IMG/VR virus record: IMGVR_UViG_3300018868_001080
Length of the DNA stretch: 64,000 nt
DNA from: a virus
Strand: one strand, 5' to 3'
Both the position numbers and the translations under genes were made by a program. The notes below the pieces were generated by a model. The model ran no database searches. It was not told the origin of the DNA and saw only the letters and a program-made list of their open reading frames with translations. This document shows positions 1 to 10,026 of the stretch, piece by piece; positions within the stretch are counted from its first letter, which is position 1; each line of letters begins with the position of its first letter.

Positions 1-277
1 ATTCCACGCGAAACTTATCCTTACTACCTGGGTAATACAATTGATATTCTACACCATCCACTGTGTGTGCAGCAGGCTTGAATAGCTTGGTCTTAACTGC
101 ATCAATTACCCCTCTGACTTGATCATCAGTTAACCCCTTAAATCCATAACCGCCACTGGCTCCTTTGCGTGGATCAGATGCAAACCCCAGGTCCTCTGGT
201 CCTAACACCGGTATCTCACTGATCAACTGTGATTGGTTATATGCTTCGAAGATTAACTTTGAGTCTTTGTTATTCAT
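1..277 (-). CDS. Hypothetical protein, truncated by the window edge; candidate head-packaged protein (MNNKDSKLIFEAYNQSQLISEIPVLGPEDLGF...)
   Basis: Own translation of the minus strand: ATG at 277, open to position 1; TAAATA 8 nt upstream; not in the ORF track. Confidence 0.75.
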   Translation of the reverse strand, partial: MNNKDSKLIFEAYNQSQLISEIPVLGPEDLGFASDPRKGASGGYGFKGLTDDQVRGVIDAVKTKLFKPAAHTVDGVEYQLYYPGSKDKFRVE

Positions 278-312
278 GCTTGAATTATTTATTCTTTGTA
301 CTAATATATTTA

Positions 313-1530
313 ATGGTCTCGCCCTTTGCTTCACCCTTCGCACCATCCTTTCCACAGCCCTATAACATCATGCCCGCAGGCATGCCTTCTGCTCCACAGC
401 AAATGCCAGCTGTGCCACCTGAAGCTAATCTGCCACGTGCCATCAATTATCTTGCAGATTACAGTGGTTGCGGTTTTTGGCGATTAATTTGGCCAGGTCA
501 CTTGTTGTGTGCACACCAGAAGGCTATTGTACATGCATCCACAGTGATGTGCTTTGATCCTCGCTGGTATAGCAACACTCAAGCAATTAGAATTCAAAGA
601 CAGGCAACGAGTCAGCAGAGACAGTTCTTCGAATTTCTCAAAAAACTCAGCGGCGAGATGGGATTCAGAATGATATATGAAATAGATGACATCATGCTGC
701 ATGAAGACATACCTGATTACAACAAGTTCAAACCAGCCTTTAAGAACGAAGAAATTAGAAACAATGCAATATCCATGATGAACATGTCAGATGAAGTCAC
801 TGTCACCTGTGATTTCATGAAAGACTATTATATTAATAAAACTGGCAATAAGAATGTCACAGTGATACCCAACTTCCCACCCAAGTGGTGGATAGGACAT
901 TTCTATAATGAAAAGAAGTTGAGCCAAGATTATGACAAGCACCGCAAGCGCCCTCGCATTTTATATGCTGGTTCTGGTGCACACTTTGATGTGGAGAACA
1001 GAGTCAATCAAGATGATGATTTCAGACATGTGCTGCAAGCCATTGTAAACACTCGACACAAGTATCAGTGGGTATTTTTAGGAGCGTTTCCTCTTGCATT
1101 GCAGCAATTTGTAAAGGATGGTACTTTAGAGTATCATCCATGGGAACTGCTGTATCAATACCCACAGAAAATCTACAATCTCAATATCAACATGATGGTT
1201 GCACCTCTGCAGGACAATAATTTTAACAAAGCCAAGAGTGACCTCAAGTATATTGAAGCATGCAGCTATGGCATCCCCATTGCTTGCCAAGATCTCTGTA
1301 CATATTCTAGCGCTCCATTTAAATTCAAGACAGGCGATGAAATGATTCAGAGGATTGATGAAGTGTTGGAGAAGAAATCCAAGTACATGACACACTGTCA
1401 GCATGCCAGAGCATATGCTGAAACACGGTGGCTAGAGAACGAGGACAACATTAACATGTATCAAGAGCTTTACACCTTACCCTATGGGCACAAGGACAGG
1501 AAGCTGCTTAATAAAATTAATGGCTTGTAA
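313..1530 (+). CDS. Glycosyltransferase (GT-B/GT4-like)
   Basis: ADYSGCGFWRLIWP, YEIDD, APLQDNNFNKAKSDLKYIEA..GIP motifs typical of phage GT-B enzymes; start moved from 229 to ATG 313 because 229-277 overlaps the divergent gene and a promoter-like motif precedes 313. Confidence 0.8.
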   Translation: MVSPFASPFAPSFPQPYNIMPAGMPSAPQQMPAVPPEANLPRAINYLADYSGCGFWRLIWPGHLLCAHQKAIVHASTVMCFDPRWYSNTQAIRIQRQATSQQRQFFEFLKKLSGEMGFRMIYEIDDIMLHEDIPDYNKFKPAFKNEEIRNNAISMMNMSDEVTVTCDFMKDYYINKTGNKNVTVIPNFPPKWWIGHFYNEKKLSQDYDKHRKRPRILYAGSGAHFDVENRVNQDDDFRHVLQAIVNTRHKYQWVFLGAFPLALQQFVKDGTLEYHPWELLYQYPQKIYNLNINMMVAPLQDNNFNKAKSDLKYIEACSYGIPIACQDLCTYSSAPFKFKTGDEMIQRIDEVLEKKSKYMTHCQHARAYAETRWLENEDNINMYQELYTLPYGHKDRKLLNKINGL

Positions 1531-1558
1531 TAGCTAGTTATTCATTTATTATCAATCT

Positions 1559-4135
1559 GTGTACAGAAACGCTGTCTATCTACCTAAAAATGAATGTGTA
1601 CGTGTGTATACATGGGACGCAGATGGTAAGAGAACCTTTTATGATGCCACATACAGGCCATATCTGTACATAGAGAGCAACAATGCATCTGACTTGAAGT
1701 CAATCTTCAACACCAACATCAAGAAGATTTCTTTTAAAACTCAATATGACCGCAATGAATATATTAAGCGTGGCGCTACACGCATATTTGAGAACACACC
1801 ACCCATACAGCAGCACTTGATTGATTCATATTGGGAAAAGAACGAAGACAAGGACTTTGGTAAAGACCCTCTCAAATTGTATTTGCTTGACATCGAGACA
1901 TATAGTCCGGATGAATTTCCTATACCAGAGCAAGCTAAACATACCATCAACATCATCACAGTGTATGACTCGTTGCAACAGCATTACTATTCTTGGGGAC
2001 TTAAGCCATACACCAAGAAGGTACAAAACATCACATACATAAAGTGTGACAGTGAGAGTGAATTGCTTAAGAAATTTATTAATTTCATTGAAATGGATCA
2101 CCCAGATATCTTGTCTGGGTGGAACTGCGAGTTCTTTGACATACCTTACATTATTAACAGGATAAAAAATATACTGGGTGATGAAGAAGTGTTGAGACTT
2201 TCACCGGTGTTGAAATTGTATCCCAGATCCATCCGCGGCAAATATGGTCAAGATCAAGTGAGATGGCACATAGAAGGCATATCTGTCATTGATTATTTGG
2301 ACATTTACAAAAGATTTTGCATGGTGCAAAGAGAGAGTTATAAGCTTGATAATATTGCGCAAATTGAATTGAATGAAACAAAGGTGGATTATGGTGACAC
2401 CAATCTCTCCTCACTTGCAGATGATAACTGGGATCTGTTTGTGGATTACAACATACAAGACGTAAAGATTCTAGTTAAACTGGAAGACAAGCTGCGATAT
2501 CTTGAATTGCTTCGCATGATAGCATACACTGGACTCACCACATTTGAGGCTGCAATGGGTTCACTCTCTGTGATAACTGGTGCTACTGCCATTCGCGCCA
2601 GATACAGACAGCAAAGAATACCTACTTTCATCAGGAATGATGACAACAAGACAAAGAATCCTGGTGCTTATGTGAGTGAGCCACAGCAAGGCTTCCAGGA
2701 GCACATTGTTTCATTTGATGCAAACAGTCTGTATCCTAACACAATGATTTCTCTGAATCTGTCTCCAGAGACCAAGATGGGCAAAATTGAAAATATCGAT
2801 AAAGAAACAGGCAATGTGCTCTTTCGCGATGTTAATGGCGTATCATTCACTCTCTCCAAGGAAAATTTCGCTCAGCTCATCAAAAAAGAGCAGCTATCAA
2901 TATCAAGATCCAAAGTTCTTTTTTCTCAGAAAAAGAAAGGCATAATTCCAGAGATTGTGGACAACTATTATTCACAACGCGTTGAGATCAAGCATGAGCT
3001 TAAGAAGCTCAAGAAAACTCTTGCAACTCTCGACAAGAATAGTGAAGAGTATAATCATACTCAAGCTGAAGTTAACAGATTGAACATCAAGCAGCACACA
3101 ATAAAGATTTTTATCAATACAATTTATGGATACTTTGGCAACAAACATGCCCCCATTGGTGATGATGATTTGGCTTCATCCATAACTCTCACCGGTCAAG
3201 CTGTAATCAAGCAGTGCAATGAATTGATTCGAGATTTCATCAAACTAAAAACCAATGCCGCTGAACTTCCAGCTGATCCTGTGATATACAATGACACAGA
3301 CAGTGTGTACATCACACTTAAAAACTTGGTGAACAATCTCAAGATCACTGTTTCAGATAAAAATGGCCACATAACAGCAGAGTATCATGAGCTTGTGGAT
3401 GAGTTGGAAGCTTATCTCAACAAACATATAACCAAATGGGGTACCGATTCATTAAATTCCAAGGATTGCCGATTTGTCTTCAAGCGCGAAGCAATTGCAG
3501 ATGTTGGCATTTTCCTACAGAAAAAAAGATACATTCTTCACCTGCTTGATGAAGAAGGTATTGCCTGTGACAAATTCAAATACACAGGTGTGGAGGTGGT
3601 CAGAACTACCATGCCCAGACCCATCAAGCCACATGTCAAGAAGATCATGACCACCATGTTAATGTCAAGAAATCAGAGTGAAACCAACAAGGTTTTAAAT
3701 GAAACTTATGAAATATTCAAGAACCTGCCTCTGCAGGACATATCCTTTGTGTCTGGCATTAAGAACTATGAAAAATATGCAGCACAGTGTGATAATTTTA
3801 AAGTAGTCAAGGGCATGCCCAATCATGTCAAAGCTGCTTATTACTATAATCTTTTGTTGCAGAAATTAAACATTGATAAAAAGTATGAAAAAATTAATTC
3901 TGGTGACAAAATAAGATTTTTTTATGTGCGCAAGCCCAATGCATACGGTCTCACATCCATTGCCTTCAAGCACTACTATCCAAAGGAATTTACTAATATT
4001 TTTGAGCCTGATTATGAGCTCATGTTCAATAAGATCGTTTTCAGTGCAATAGAAAGACTGTATGATGCAGTGCAATGGAAGGCGATAGAGCCTGGACAAC
4101 AAGTGCAGTGCGATTTATTTGAATTATTATCTTGA
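1559..4135 (+). CDS. gp43: Family B DNA polymerase (T4 gp43-like)
   Basis: Exonuclease motifs DIET, GWNCEFFDIPY, YNIQD; polymerase motifs SFDANSLYP, KIFINTIYGYFG, YNDTDS, KKRY; C-terminal clamp-binding-like DLFELL. Confidence 0.97.
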   Translation: MYRNAVYLPKNECVRVYTWDADGKRTFYDATYRPYLYIESNNASDLKSIFNTNIKKISFKTQYDRNEYIKRGATRIFENTPPIQQHLIDSYWEKNEDKDFGKDPLKLYLLDIETYSPDEFPIPEQAKHTINIITVYDSLQQHYYSWGLKPYTKKVQNITYIKCDSESELLKKFINFIEMDHPDILSGWNCEFFDIPYIINRIKNILGDEEVLRLSPVLKLYPRSIRGKYGQDQVRWHIEGISVIDYLDIYKRFCMVQRESYKLDNIAQIELNETKVDYGDTNLSSLADDNWDLFVDYNIQDVKILVKLEDKLRYLELLRMIAYTGLTTFEAAMGSLSVITGATAIRARYRQQRIPTFIRNDDNKTKNPGAYVSEPQQGFQEHIVSFDANSLYPNTMISLNLSPETKMGKIENIDKETGNVLFRDVNGVSFTLSKENFAQLIKKEQLSISRSKVLFSQKKKGIIPEIVDNYYSQRVEIKHELKKLKKTLATLDKNSEEYNHTQAEVNRLNIKQHTIKIFINTIYGYFGNKHAPIGDDDLASSITLTGQAVIKQCNELIRDFIKLKTNAAELPADPVIYNDTDSVYITLKNLVNNLKITVSDKNGHITAEYHELVDELEAYLNKHITKWGTDSLNSKDCRFVFKREAIADVGIFLQKKRYILHLLDEEGIACDKFKYTGVEVVRTTMPRPIKPHVKKIMTTMLMSRNQSETNKVLNETYEIFKNLPLQDISFVSGIKNYEKYAAQCDNFKVVKGMPNHVKAAYYYNLLLQKLNIDKKYEKINSGDKIRFFYVRKPNAYGLTSIAFKHYYPKEFTNIFEPDYELMFNKIVFSAIERLYDAVQWKAIEPGQQVQCDLFELLS

Positions 4136-4159
4136 TTTTTATGAATGTTATTATAAAAT
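4132..4159 (+). promoter_or_regulatory. Sigma70-like promoter TTGATT-N16-TAAAAT, 6 nt before ATG; representative of about 9 sites
   Basis: Same geometry before 313, 1559, 7782, 11171, 12450, 16017, 17873 and 36172. Confidence 0.7.
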
Positions 4160-4165
4160 TTATAT

Positions 4166-4549
4166 ATGAGCAAAACATTAAACATTACTACATTTGTTGA
4201 CCATATTGGTCGCGTTATTCTTGGTGAAGTTGTATCCGATACAAAGGAGACACTCAAGATTAAAAACCCTGCAATTGTCCATATTGGACAGAATCAGCAG
4301 ACTAACCAGATCCAGGTGCAAACTATTCCCTACTTCTTCAGGGAATTTGTCGCAGCCAGTGCACAAAAGGAAGGTACAACTTGGAATTTTAGCAAAGACA
4401 AGATTGTCACTGGTGAAGTGGAGCTTGACTCCAGACTCATTGAACAATATAAAAATCTCTTCAATAGCACTGTTATGCCTGCGCCTGCACCACAGCAAAG
4501 AACTGCAGCTGTAGATAAAGCAGAAGTTATCAAGCTGTTTGACGAATAA
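4166..4549 (+). CDS. Hypothetical protein, possibly small beta-barrel (Sm-like)
   Basis: 127 aa ORF with its own promoter-like motif, stop overlaps uvsX start; beta-rich N-terminus. Confidence 0.6.
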   Translation: MSKTLNITTFVDHIGRVILGEVVSDTKETLKIKNPAIVHIGQNQQTNQIQVQTIPYFFREFVAASAQKEGTTWNFSKDKIVTGEVELDSRLIEQYKNLFNSTVMPAPAPQQRTAAVDKAEVIKLFDE

Positions 4550-5703
4550 TGTCCCTTACCAAAGACATCAGAAGTGTACTAGATACAATTGATAGTACCA
4601 ATCCGCACGCCACCTATCTGTCAGAGGGCACTCTCTCAAAGGTTGATGGTTGGATCAGCACAGGATCATATGTGTTAAATGGCATCATTTCTGGGAGTAT
4701 TCACAAGGGTGTACCCAGAAACAGAGTAACACTATTCGCAGGTGAAAGTATGACGGGCAAGACTTATGTTATTACAAAAATTCTTGCAAATGCACAAAAA
4801 GAAGGTCTCATACCAGTTATATTTGATACTGAAGGAGCCATTGACGCAGAATCTGCAACCAAGCTTGGGTTGGACACCACCAAGGTGAAGTATGTGCCAT
4901 GCTTTTCAATTGAAGAAACTCGCAACACTATCTATAACTTTCTTACCAAAGTAAAAGAGAATGGACAGGAGGGTAAGTTTATCATTGCAATTGATTCTAT
5001 TGGTAACCTTGATAATCAACTCTCTCTGGATAGAATGACCAAAGAGAGCAGCTCCATGGACATGGGCACAAGAGCCAGAGCAATCAAGAGCTTGCTCAAA
5101 ACCTGCACAACCATGTCACGCTTGACAAAGACAACATTCTTGATCACAAATCATACATATGATGATCCCAGTGCAATGTATGAAAGCATGATCAAGCACC
5201 AACCTGGTGGTAAGAGTGTTTGGTATCTGTCAGATGTGGCAGTGCAGCTGGCGCGTAAGCCTGAAAAAGATGATGGTGGTAAAGCAGTGGACAGTAAGCT
5301 GGCAGTAGGTCAGCGCAATTACCCGGGGGTAATTCTGCGCGCTCTTACTGTTAAAAATAGATTTGTACGACAATACCTGCAAGGTGAGATGTACTTGAGC
5401 TTTGAGTCCGGTCTCAACAAATATTATGGCTTGCTTGACCTGGCTGTGGGTTTTGGAATTGTATTGCAAAATGGTGCTACATATGCCTTGGCTGATGGTA
5501 CCAAGCTCGGATATTATAAGACCTGGAGAACAGATGAAGAGCTTTGGAACACAAAATTGTTACCAGCTATTGAAGCCAAGATAATTGTTGAGTGGCAGTA
5601 TGGCAATTCAAATGAAGTGCCAGATGAACTACCAACTGAAGATGTGCCTGTTGTTAAAAAAACTAAAGGTGCTAAGTTGGCGGATGATGTTAACGACCAA
5701 TAA
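4549..5703 (+). CDS. uvsX: RecA-like recombinase UvsX
   Basis: ISTGSYVLN, Walker A GESMTGKT, FDTE, Walker B IAIDS, PGG, KNRF. Confidence 0.95.
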   Translation: MSLTKDIRSVLDTIDSTNPHATYLSEGTLSKVDGWISTGSYVLNGIISGSIHKGVPRNRVTLFAGESMTGKTYVITKILANAQKEGLIPVIFDTEGAIDAESATKLGLDTTKVKYVPCFSIEETRNTIYNFLTKVKENGQEGKFIIAIDSIGNLDNQLSLDRMTKESSSMDMGTRARAIKSLLKTCTTMSRLTKTTFLITNHTYDDPSAMYESMIKHQPGGKSVWYLSDVAVQLARKPEKDDGGKAVDSKLAVGQRNYPGVILRALTVKNRFVRQYLQGEMYLSFESGLNKYYGLLDLAVGFGIVLQNGATYALADGTKLGYYKTWRTDEELWNTKLLPAIEAKIIVEWQYGNSNEVPDELPTEDVPVVKKTKGAKLADDVNDQ

Positions 5704-6424
5704 GCCTGCTGTTGTAGTTCCAGTGAGTGGTGGCATGGACAGTACCGTGTTGCTGCATAAAGCTGCGCGCGAATTCAATAAAATTCACTGCATAAGCTTT
5801 GACTATGGTCAGAAACACAAGAAAGAATTAACTTGTGCTGCAACACAGATTGATCTGATAAAGAACAAGCTTGGTAATGACAATGTTTCCTGGGAAACTA
5901 TTGATTTGTCTTTTTTCAAGACCATCTCTTCAACATCTGCTCTCACAAACAGTGACATTGCTGTGGCAAAAGCTAAGCATGCCATGGGCGATCCACAGAC
6001 AGTTAATTACGTACCATTTAGAAACTTAATGTTGCTTAGCATTTGCCTGGCATATGCCGAGAGTCATGAAGCTACATCTGTATGGCATGGCGCTGCACAA
6101 GCTGACAGCATTGCAGGCTACTGGGATGGTAGTGCAGAGTTTATTGCTGATATCAACAAAATTGCATCATTAAATCGCAGATCACGCATTAAGATAGAAG
6201 CACCATTGCTTACAAAATCAAAATTGGATATTGTCACGCTTGGTGTGCATTTGGGTGTACCATTCAAGGACACCTGGACATGTTATGAGGGTGGTCAAGA
6301 TGCATGTGGTGAATGCACTGCATGCAGTCTTCGTTTGCAGGGCTTCATCAAAGCAGGATTTGTTGATCCTATCTCCTACACAAAAGAAATTGACTGGAAT
6401 TCCTACAACTGTATTCCATTATAA
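5684..6424 (+). CDS. queC: QueC-family (7-cyano-7-deazaguanine synthase-like) ATP pyrophosphatase
   Basis: PP-loop VSGGMDS, FDYGQ, YVPFRN, Zn cluster TCYEGGQDACGECTAC; start moved to ATG 5684/5687. Confidence 0.9.
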   Translation: MMLTTNKPAVVVPVSGGMDSTVLLHKAAREFNKIHCISFDYGQKHKKELTCAATQIDLIKNKLGNDNVSWETIDLSFFKTISSTSALTNSDIAVAKAKHAMGDPQTVNYVPFRNLMLLSICLAYAESHEATSVWHGAAQADSIAGYWDGSAEFIADINKIASLNRRSRIKIEAPLLTKSKLDIVTLGVHLGVPFKDTWTCYEGGQDACGECTACSLRLQGFIKAGFVDPISYTKEIDWNSYNCIPL

Positions 6425-6428
6425 TTAA

Positions 6429-7079
6429 ATGTGTGGTATATTTGGAGCTGTGGACAGAGAGAGATTTAAATCACTGTACAACTTGAACAAGCAGAGAGGT
6501 AATTTTTCTTTTGGATGCTGCTTTTTAACACAAGATAGACGCACACAGTACTGTGAATCCGCACCTGGCGAGGTGGATGTAGAGGATTTTATGAATGAGG
6601 ACTACTATTATCTGCTAGGGCATACACAGGCCCCTACATCATCTGCTCGTGAGTATGACCGTGCCACTTCGCATCCATTCATAGCTGGTGATTGGGTTGT
6701 TGCTCACAATGGTGTGTTATCAAATTTTGAGATATTGAAACAGAAGTATGCACCAGACCACACAAACCCCGTGGATAGCAGCATCATACCGGTGCTGCTT
6801 GACTGCATGCAAGAGGAAGACGAGATTAAAACAATAACAAGCGTGCTTGAGACCATTGAAGGCACATACAGTCTGTGGCTATACAATAATATTAGCAAGA
6901 ATATCTATGTGGCAAGATGTGGCAGTACCTTGTTTGGCGATCTGCTTAGATGTGAATTCTCCTCGTACCCTGACATTGGATTAACAGAACTTGATGATAA
7001 CACCCTGTATCTTGTAACACAAGAAGGTCTTACAAAAGTCTCAGGCTTCAATGGCAACTCTCCATTTTTTATTATATGA
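6429..7079 (+). CDS. Class II (Ntn) glutamine amidotransferase domain protein
   Basis: N-terminal MCGIFG (Cys nucleophile), GHTQAPT, HPF, AHNG, VDS. Confidence 0.9.
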   Translation: MCGIFGAVDRERFKSLYNLNKQRGNFSFGCCFLTQDRRTQYCESAPGEVDVEDFMNEDYYYLLGHTQAPTSSAREYDRATSHPFIAGDWVVAHNGVLSNFEILKQKYAPDHTNPVDSSIIPVLLDCMQEEDEIKTITSVLETIEGTYSLWLYNNISKNIYVARCGSTLFGDLLRCEFSSYPDIGLTELDDNTLYLVTQEGLTKVSGFNGNSPFFII

Positions 7080-7750
7080 ATATTTGTGTCTATAGTTGTA
7101 CTCGCAAGGAAGATGAAACACAGACAGTTCTGTATAAAAGTTGTGTAGCATTTGAACACCTGGATGTGTATTTCAAGAAAAATAATACTGAAGGTTTATC
7201 TAAATCATACAATGATTTTCTATTTAGTACAGAAGCTGCTGCATATGATGTTGTTGTGTTTTGTCATGATGATGTGTTCCTAGATGATCTCAAGCTGCAG
7301 AGCAAATTACAAGCTGCAATGGAGCTTGGCTACGATATCGTGGGTCTTGCAGGTTGCGTGTCACCAAGAATTATGAGACCCGCACTGTGGCATCTCATGG
7401 CAGGTGGGTTTGGCGGGTCCAATTTGAGAGGCATTGTGAACCACTATCAGGATGCAGATCACAAGCACTATTTTGCAACAAATTTTGGCATTACACCTGC
7501 ACGTGTTGCCATACTTGACGGTCTCTTTCTCGCTGTTAACGTCAACAAAGCCAAGGAGGCAAATTGGCGCTTTAACGAAAACTACAGCTTTCATCATTAT
7601 GATATTGCATCCTGCATAGATGCAAATGCAAAAAAATTAAAACTTGGCGTGTATCCCATCAATGTTATACACGGTTCTCCTGGGCTACAATCATTTGATG
7701 ACAATTTTAAAGCCAGTGAAGATATCTTCATGCAGGAATATGCAGGTTGA
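7076..7750 (+). CDS. GT-A fold (GT2-like) glycosyltransferase
   Basis: FCHDDV, DIVGLAG, LDGLFLAV, FHHYD motifs. Confidence 0.8.
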   Translation: MNICVYSCTRKEDETQTVLYKSCVAFEHLDVYFKKNNTEGLSKSYNDFLFSTEAAAYDVVVFCHDDVFLDDLKLQSKLQAAMELGYDIVGLAGCVSPRIMRPALWHLMAGGFGGSNLRGIVNHYQDADHKHYFATNFGITPARVAILDGLFLAVNVNKAKEANWRFNENYSFHHYDIASCIDANAKKLKLGVYPINVIHGSPGLQSFDDNFKASEDIFMQEYAG

Positions 7751-7781
7751 TTAATTGATATTTTCTTTTATCATATAAATT

Positions 7782-9116
7782 ATGCAAGAGCACGCTTTAG
7801 ACCTGGATTTCTTTGAGCATGTATTTCTATACAAATCACTCACCGACGAAAAGTTTTTAGGCTCAATAGTGGACATTGTCAAGCCTGCTTTCTTCAAAGA
7901 CAGAAACATCAAAAGTATTTTCAGCATCATTAAAGAATTTTACGTTAAAAATACTACTGTACCCACATTAACTGAGATCAAGGCTTATCTGAGTACTGAC
8001 AAGCTTAAGGAGAGCTTCAAAGAAGCCATTTCAAAATTTAAAGACATTGACAAGAATTTTAATGAAGAAGAGCTCTATCGTAATGCTGAAAGATTTCTGA
8101 GAGAAAAAGCTGTGTACACAACCATGCTGGAGGTAGCAGACAAGTGTTCAAAGGGCGAAATTAATACAGCAGAAATTCTGGAGAAGTTCGATACTTCATG
8201 CAGTATTAATTTGGCCATGGACCTCGGCATAGAGATATTAACTGATTCACAGCTTATCATAGACGATTTGAATAAAGTTGAAAGCTTCATCTCCACCGGG
8301 TATCCCTGGATTGATCAACGCATAGGTGGTGGGTTACAGCAGAACGGCAGATCATTGTATGTCTTTGCAGGTGAAACAAACATAGGCAAATCAATCTTCC
8401 TGGCTAATGTAGCTACAAACATTGCCAAGCAAAACAAAACTGTGTTATTAATTTCTCTTGAAATGCCAGAACTCATATATGCCAAGAGGCTTTCTTCTAA
8501 TATTACTAAGATTCCAATCTTTAGACTGAAGGGCGAGCAAGATCAACTCAAGATTGGGCTAGATGAATTTAACAAAAAGAACCCTAGTGCAAGAATTTAT
8601 GTGAAAGAGTTCCCCCCATCCACAATATCACCTTTGCAGCTGAATGCTTTTATAAAGAAGTTTATTGCCAAGGGCATCAAAGTGGATGCTATTGTACTTG
8701 ATTATCTTAACCTTATTCATTCACCGACTGGTACTAATTCATATGAAAGAGTAAAATATGTTACTGAAAAAGTACGTGCCATGTCCTATGTTTTTAATTG
8801 CCCCATCATCTCTGCTACTCAATTGAATCGCTCTGGATATAATGAATCTGACCCTTCCATTGCCACTATCAGTGAGAGCATAGGGTTAGCTGCAACTGCA
8901 GATGTTGTCATGAGTATTTTTCAGACAGATGAGGAGAGGGAGCTGGGTGTTATTCACTTGGGCATGATGAAGAATCGATTTGGACCAAATTTCGGTAATA
9001 TTCTGCTGCGAGTAGATTATCCAACACTGACAATAACACAAGATGACAACATCAATGATACAGATGAGAGCAACTCGCTCACATCAACACTCAAGGCACT
9101 AGCAGATAACAATTGA
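7782..9116 (+). CDS. gp41: DnaB-like replicative helicase (gp41)
   Basis: Walker A GETNIGKS, ISLEM, VLDYLN, ATQLNR, SES, KNRFG. Confidence 0.95.
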   Translation: MQEHALDLDFFEHVFLYKSLTDEKFLGSIVDIVKPAFFKDRNIKSIFSIIKEFYVKNTTVPTLTEIKAYLSTDKLKESFKEAISKFKDIDKNFNEEELYRNAERFLREKAVYTTMLEVADKCSKGEINTAEILEKFDTSCSINLAMDLGIEILTDSQLIIDDLNKVESFISTGYPWIDQRIGGGLQQNGRSLYVFAGETNIGKSIFLANVATNIAKQNKTVLLISLEMPELIYAKRLSSNITKIPIFRLKGEQDQLKIGLDEFNKKNPSARIYVKEFPPSTISPLQLNAFIKKFIAKGIKVDAIVLDYLNLIHSPTGTNSYERVKYVTEKVRAMSYVFNCPIISATQLNRSGYNESDPSIATISESIGLAATADVVMSIFQTDEERELGVIHLGMMKNRFGPNFGNILLRVDYPTLTITQDDNINDTDESNSLTSTLKALADNN

Positions 9117-9147
9117 TTATTTATAGATTTTCCTAAATACTCATAGA

Positions 9148-10026
9148 ATGCAAGACAAGTACTGCTTTGTTGTACCGTCCAATATAGAGGCGGCCAGCTG
9201 TGTATTGGCCTTTCTATGGCTTACCAAGAAAGATGATGTTACAACCATTGTGTCCAGTGAGAACAACCTACAGAACGATCTCAAAAAAATTAAATTGGAT
9301 GCATTCAAGTTTGTGTATATTGTTGGCTTCTATGATTTTAAGGGTCTAGATCAACTGTACAATCGTAAAAACATATACGTCATTAATAAAAAACTTACTA
9401 ATGTGCCAGACTTTGAGTTGACCCACTTTCTCTCTGGTGGTAACACTACTTTAGACTTGATAATTAACATGCTGCAGAAACATACCCAAGACAAACTAAG
9501 CAACAATCAAGAGATCTTTCTTGACAACATCAGACGGTACTTGACATTCACATTTGAAAATGATCTTACTCCATTAAAGCTATTTTACTACTTCAAAACA
9601 CAACCCGACATGAACAAGGTGGATGCATTCATACGCAAATTTCATGCCGGGTTAATATTGTTCAACGAAACAGAGAACTACAAGATTAGCATATTGCTCA
9701 AGGAGCTGGCCATAACACTCAAATCATTGAAGCTGTTCAAAGGCACTGTGAGCCACAACAACATCACATACAATGTAGTTTCCACTTTTAGCTCCAAATT
9801 TAAGAATGAAGTTGCTCACAAGATTCTCAAGAAAGGTGTGGACATCTCACTTGTGTTGGATCTGGAAAAACGAACAGCACATTTTCGCAAGAACAAAGAC
9901 ATTGACATTGACTTAGGCAATTTCGTGCATAAATGCTTTTCAGGATATGGAACTGAACATGCAGCATTTTGCAAGCTCAATGAGCAAATCATTGACTTAA
10001 CAAAGAATTTCTTCCCCATTACATGA
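9148..10026 (+). CDS. Degenerate DHH/DHHA1-family protein, likely catalytically inactive
   Basis: DHH-like layout; C-terminal FRKN...DLG...GYGTEHAA resembles the DHHA1 GGGH..AAG motif; DxD and DHH motifs absent. Confidence 0.55.
   Translation: MQDKYCFVVPSNIEAASCVLAFLWLTKKDDVTTIVSSENNLQNDLKKIKLDAFKFVYIVGFYDFKGLDQLYNRKNIYVINKKLTNVPDFELTHFLSGGNTTLDLIINMLQKHTQDKLSNNQEIFLDNIRRYLTFTFENDLTPLKLFYYFKTQPDMNKVDAFIRKFHAGLILFNETENYKISILLKELAITLKSLKLFKGTVSHNNITYNVVSTFSSKFKNEVAHKILKKGVDISLVLDLEKRTAHFRKNKDIDIDLGNFVHKCFSGYGTEHAAFCKLNEQIIDLTKNFFPIT

Noticed and set aside
229-312. ORF-track N-terminal extensions (229, 5585, 10425, 11135, 13865, 15457, 17390, 21023, 54128, 63066)
   Set aside because: They overlap neighbouring genes or promoter motifs; downstream starts fit coupling or promoter geometry better
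5684-7079. QatABCD or type IV CBASS defence system
   Set aside because: No QatA ATPase, TatD, cyclase or TGT-like partner; the genes lie in a phage replication operon
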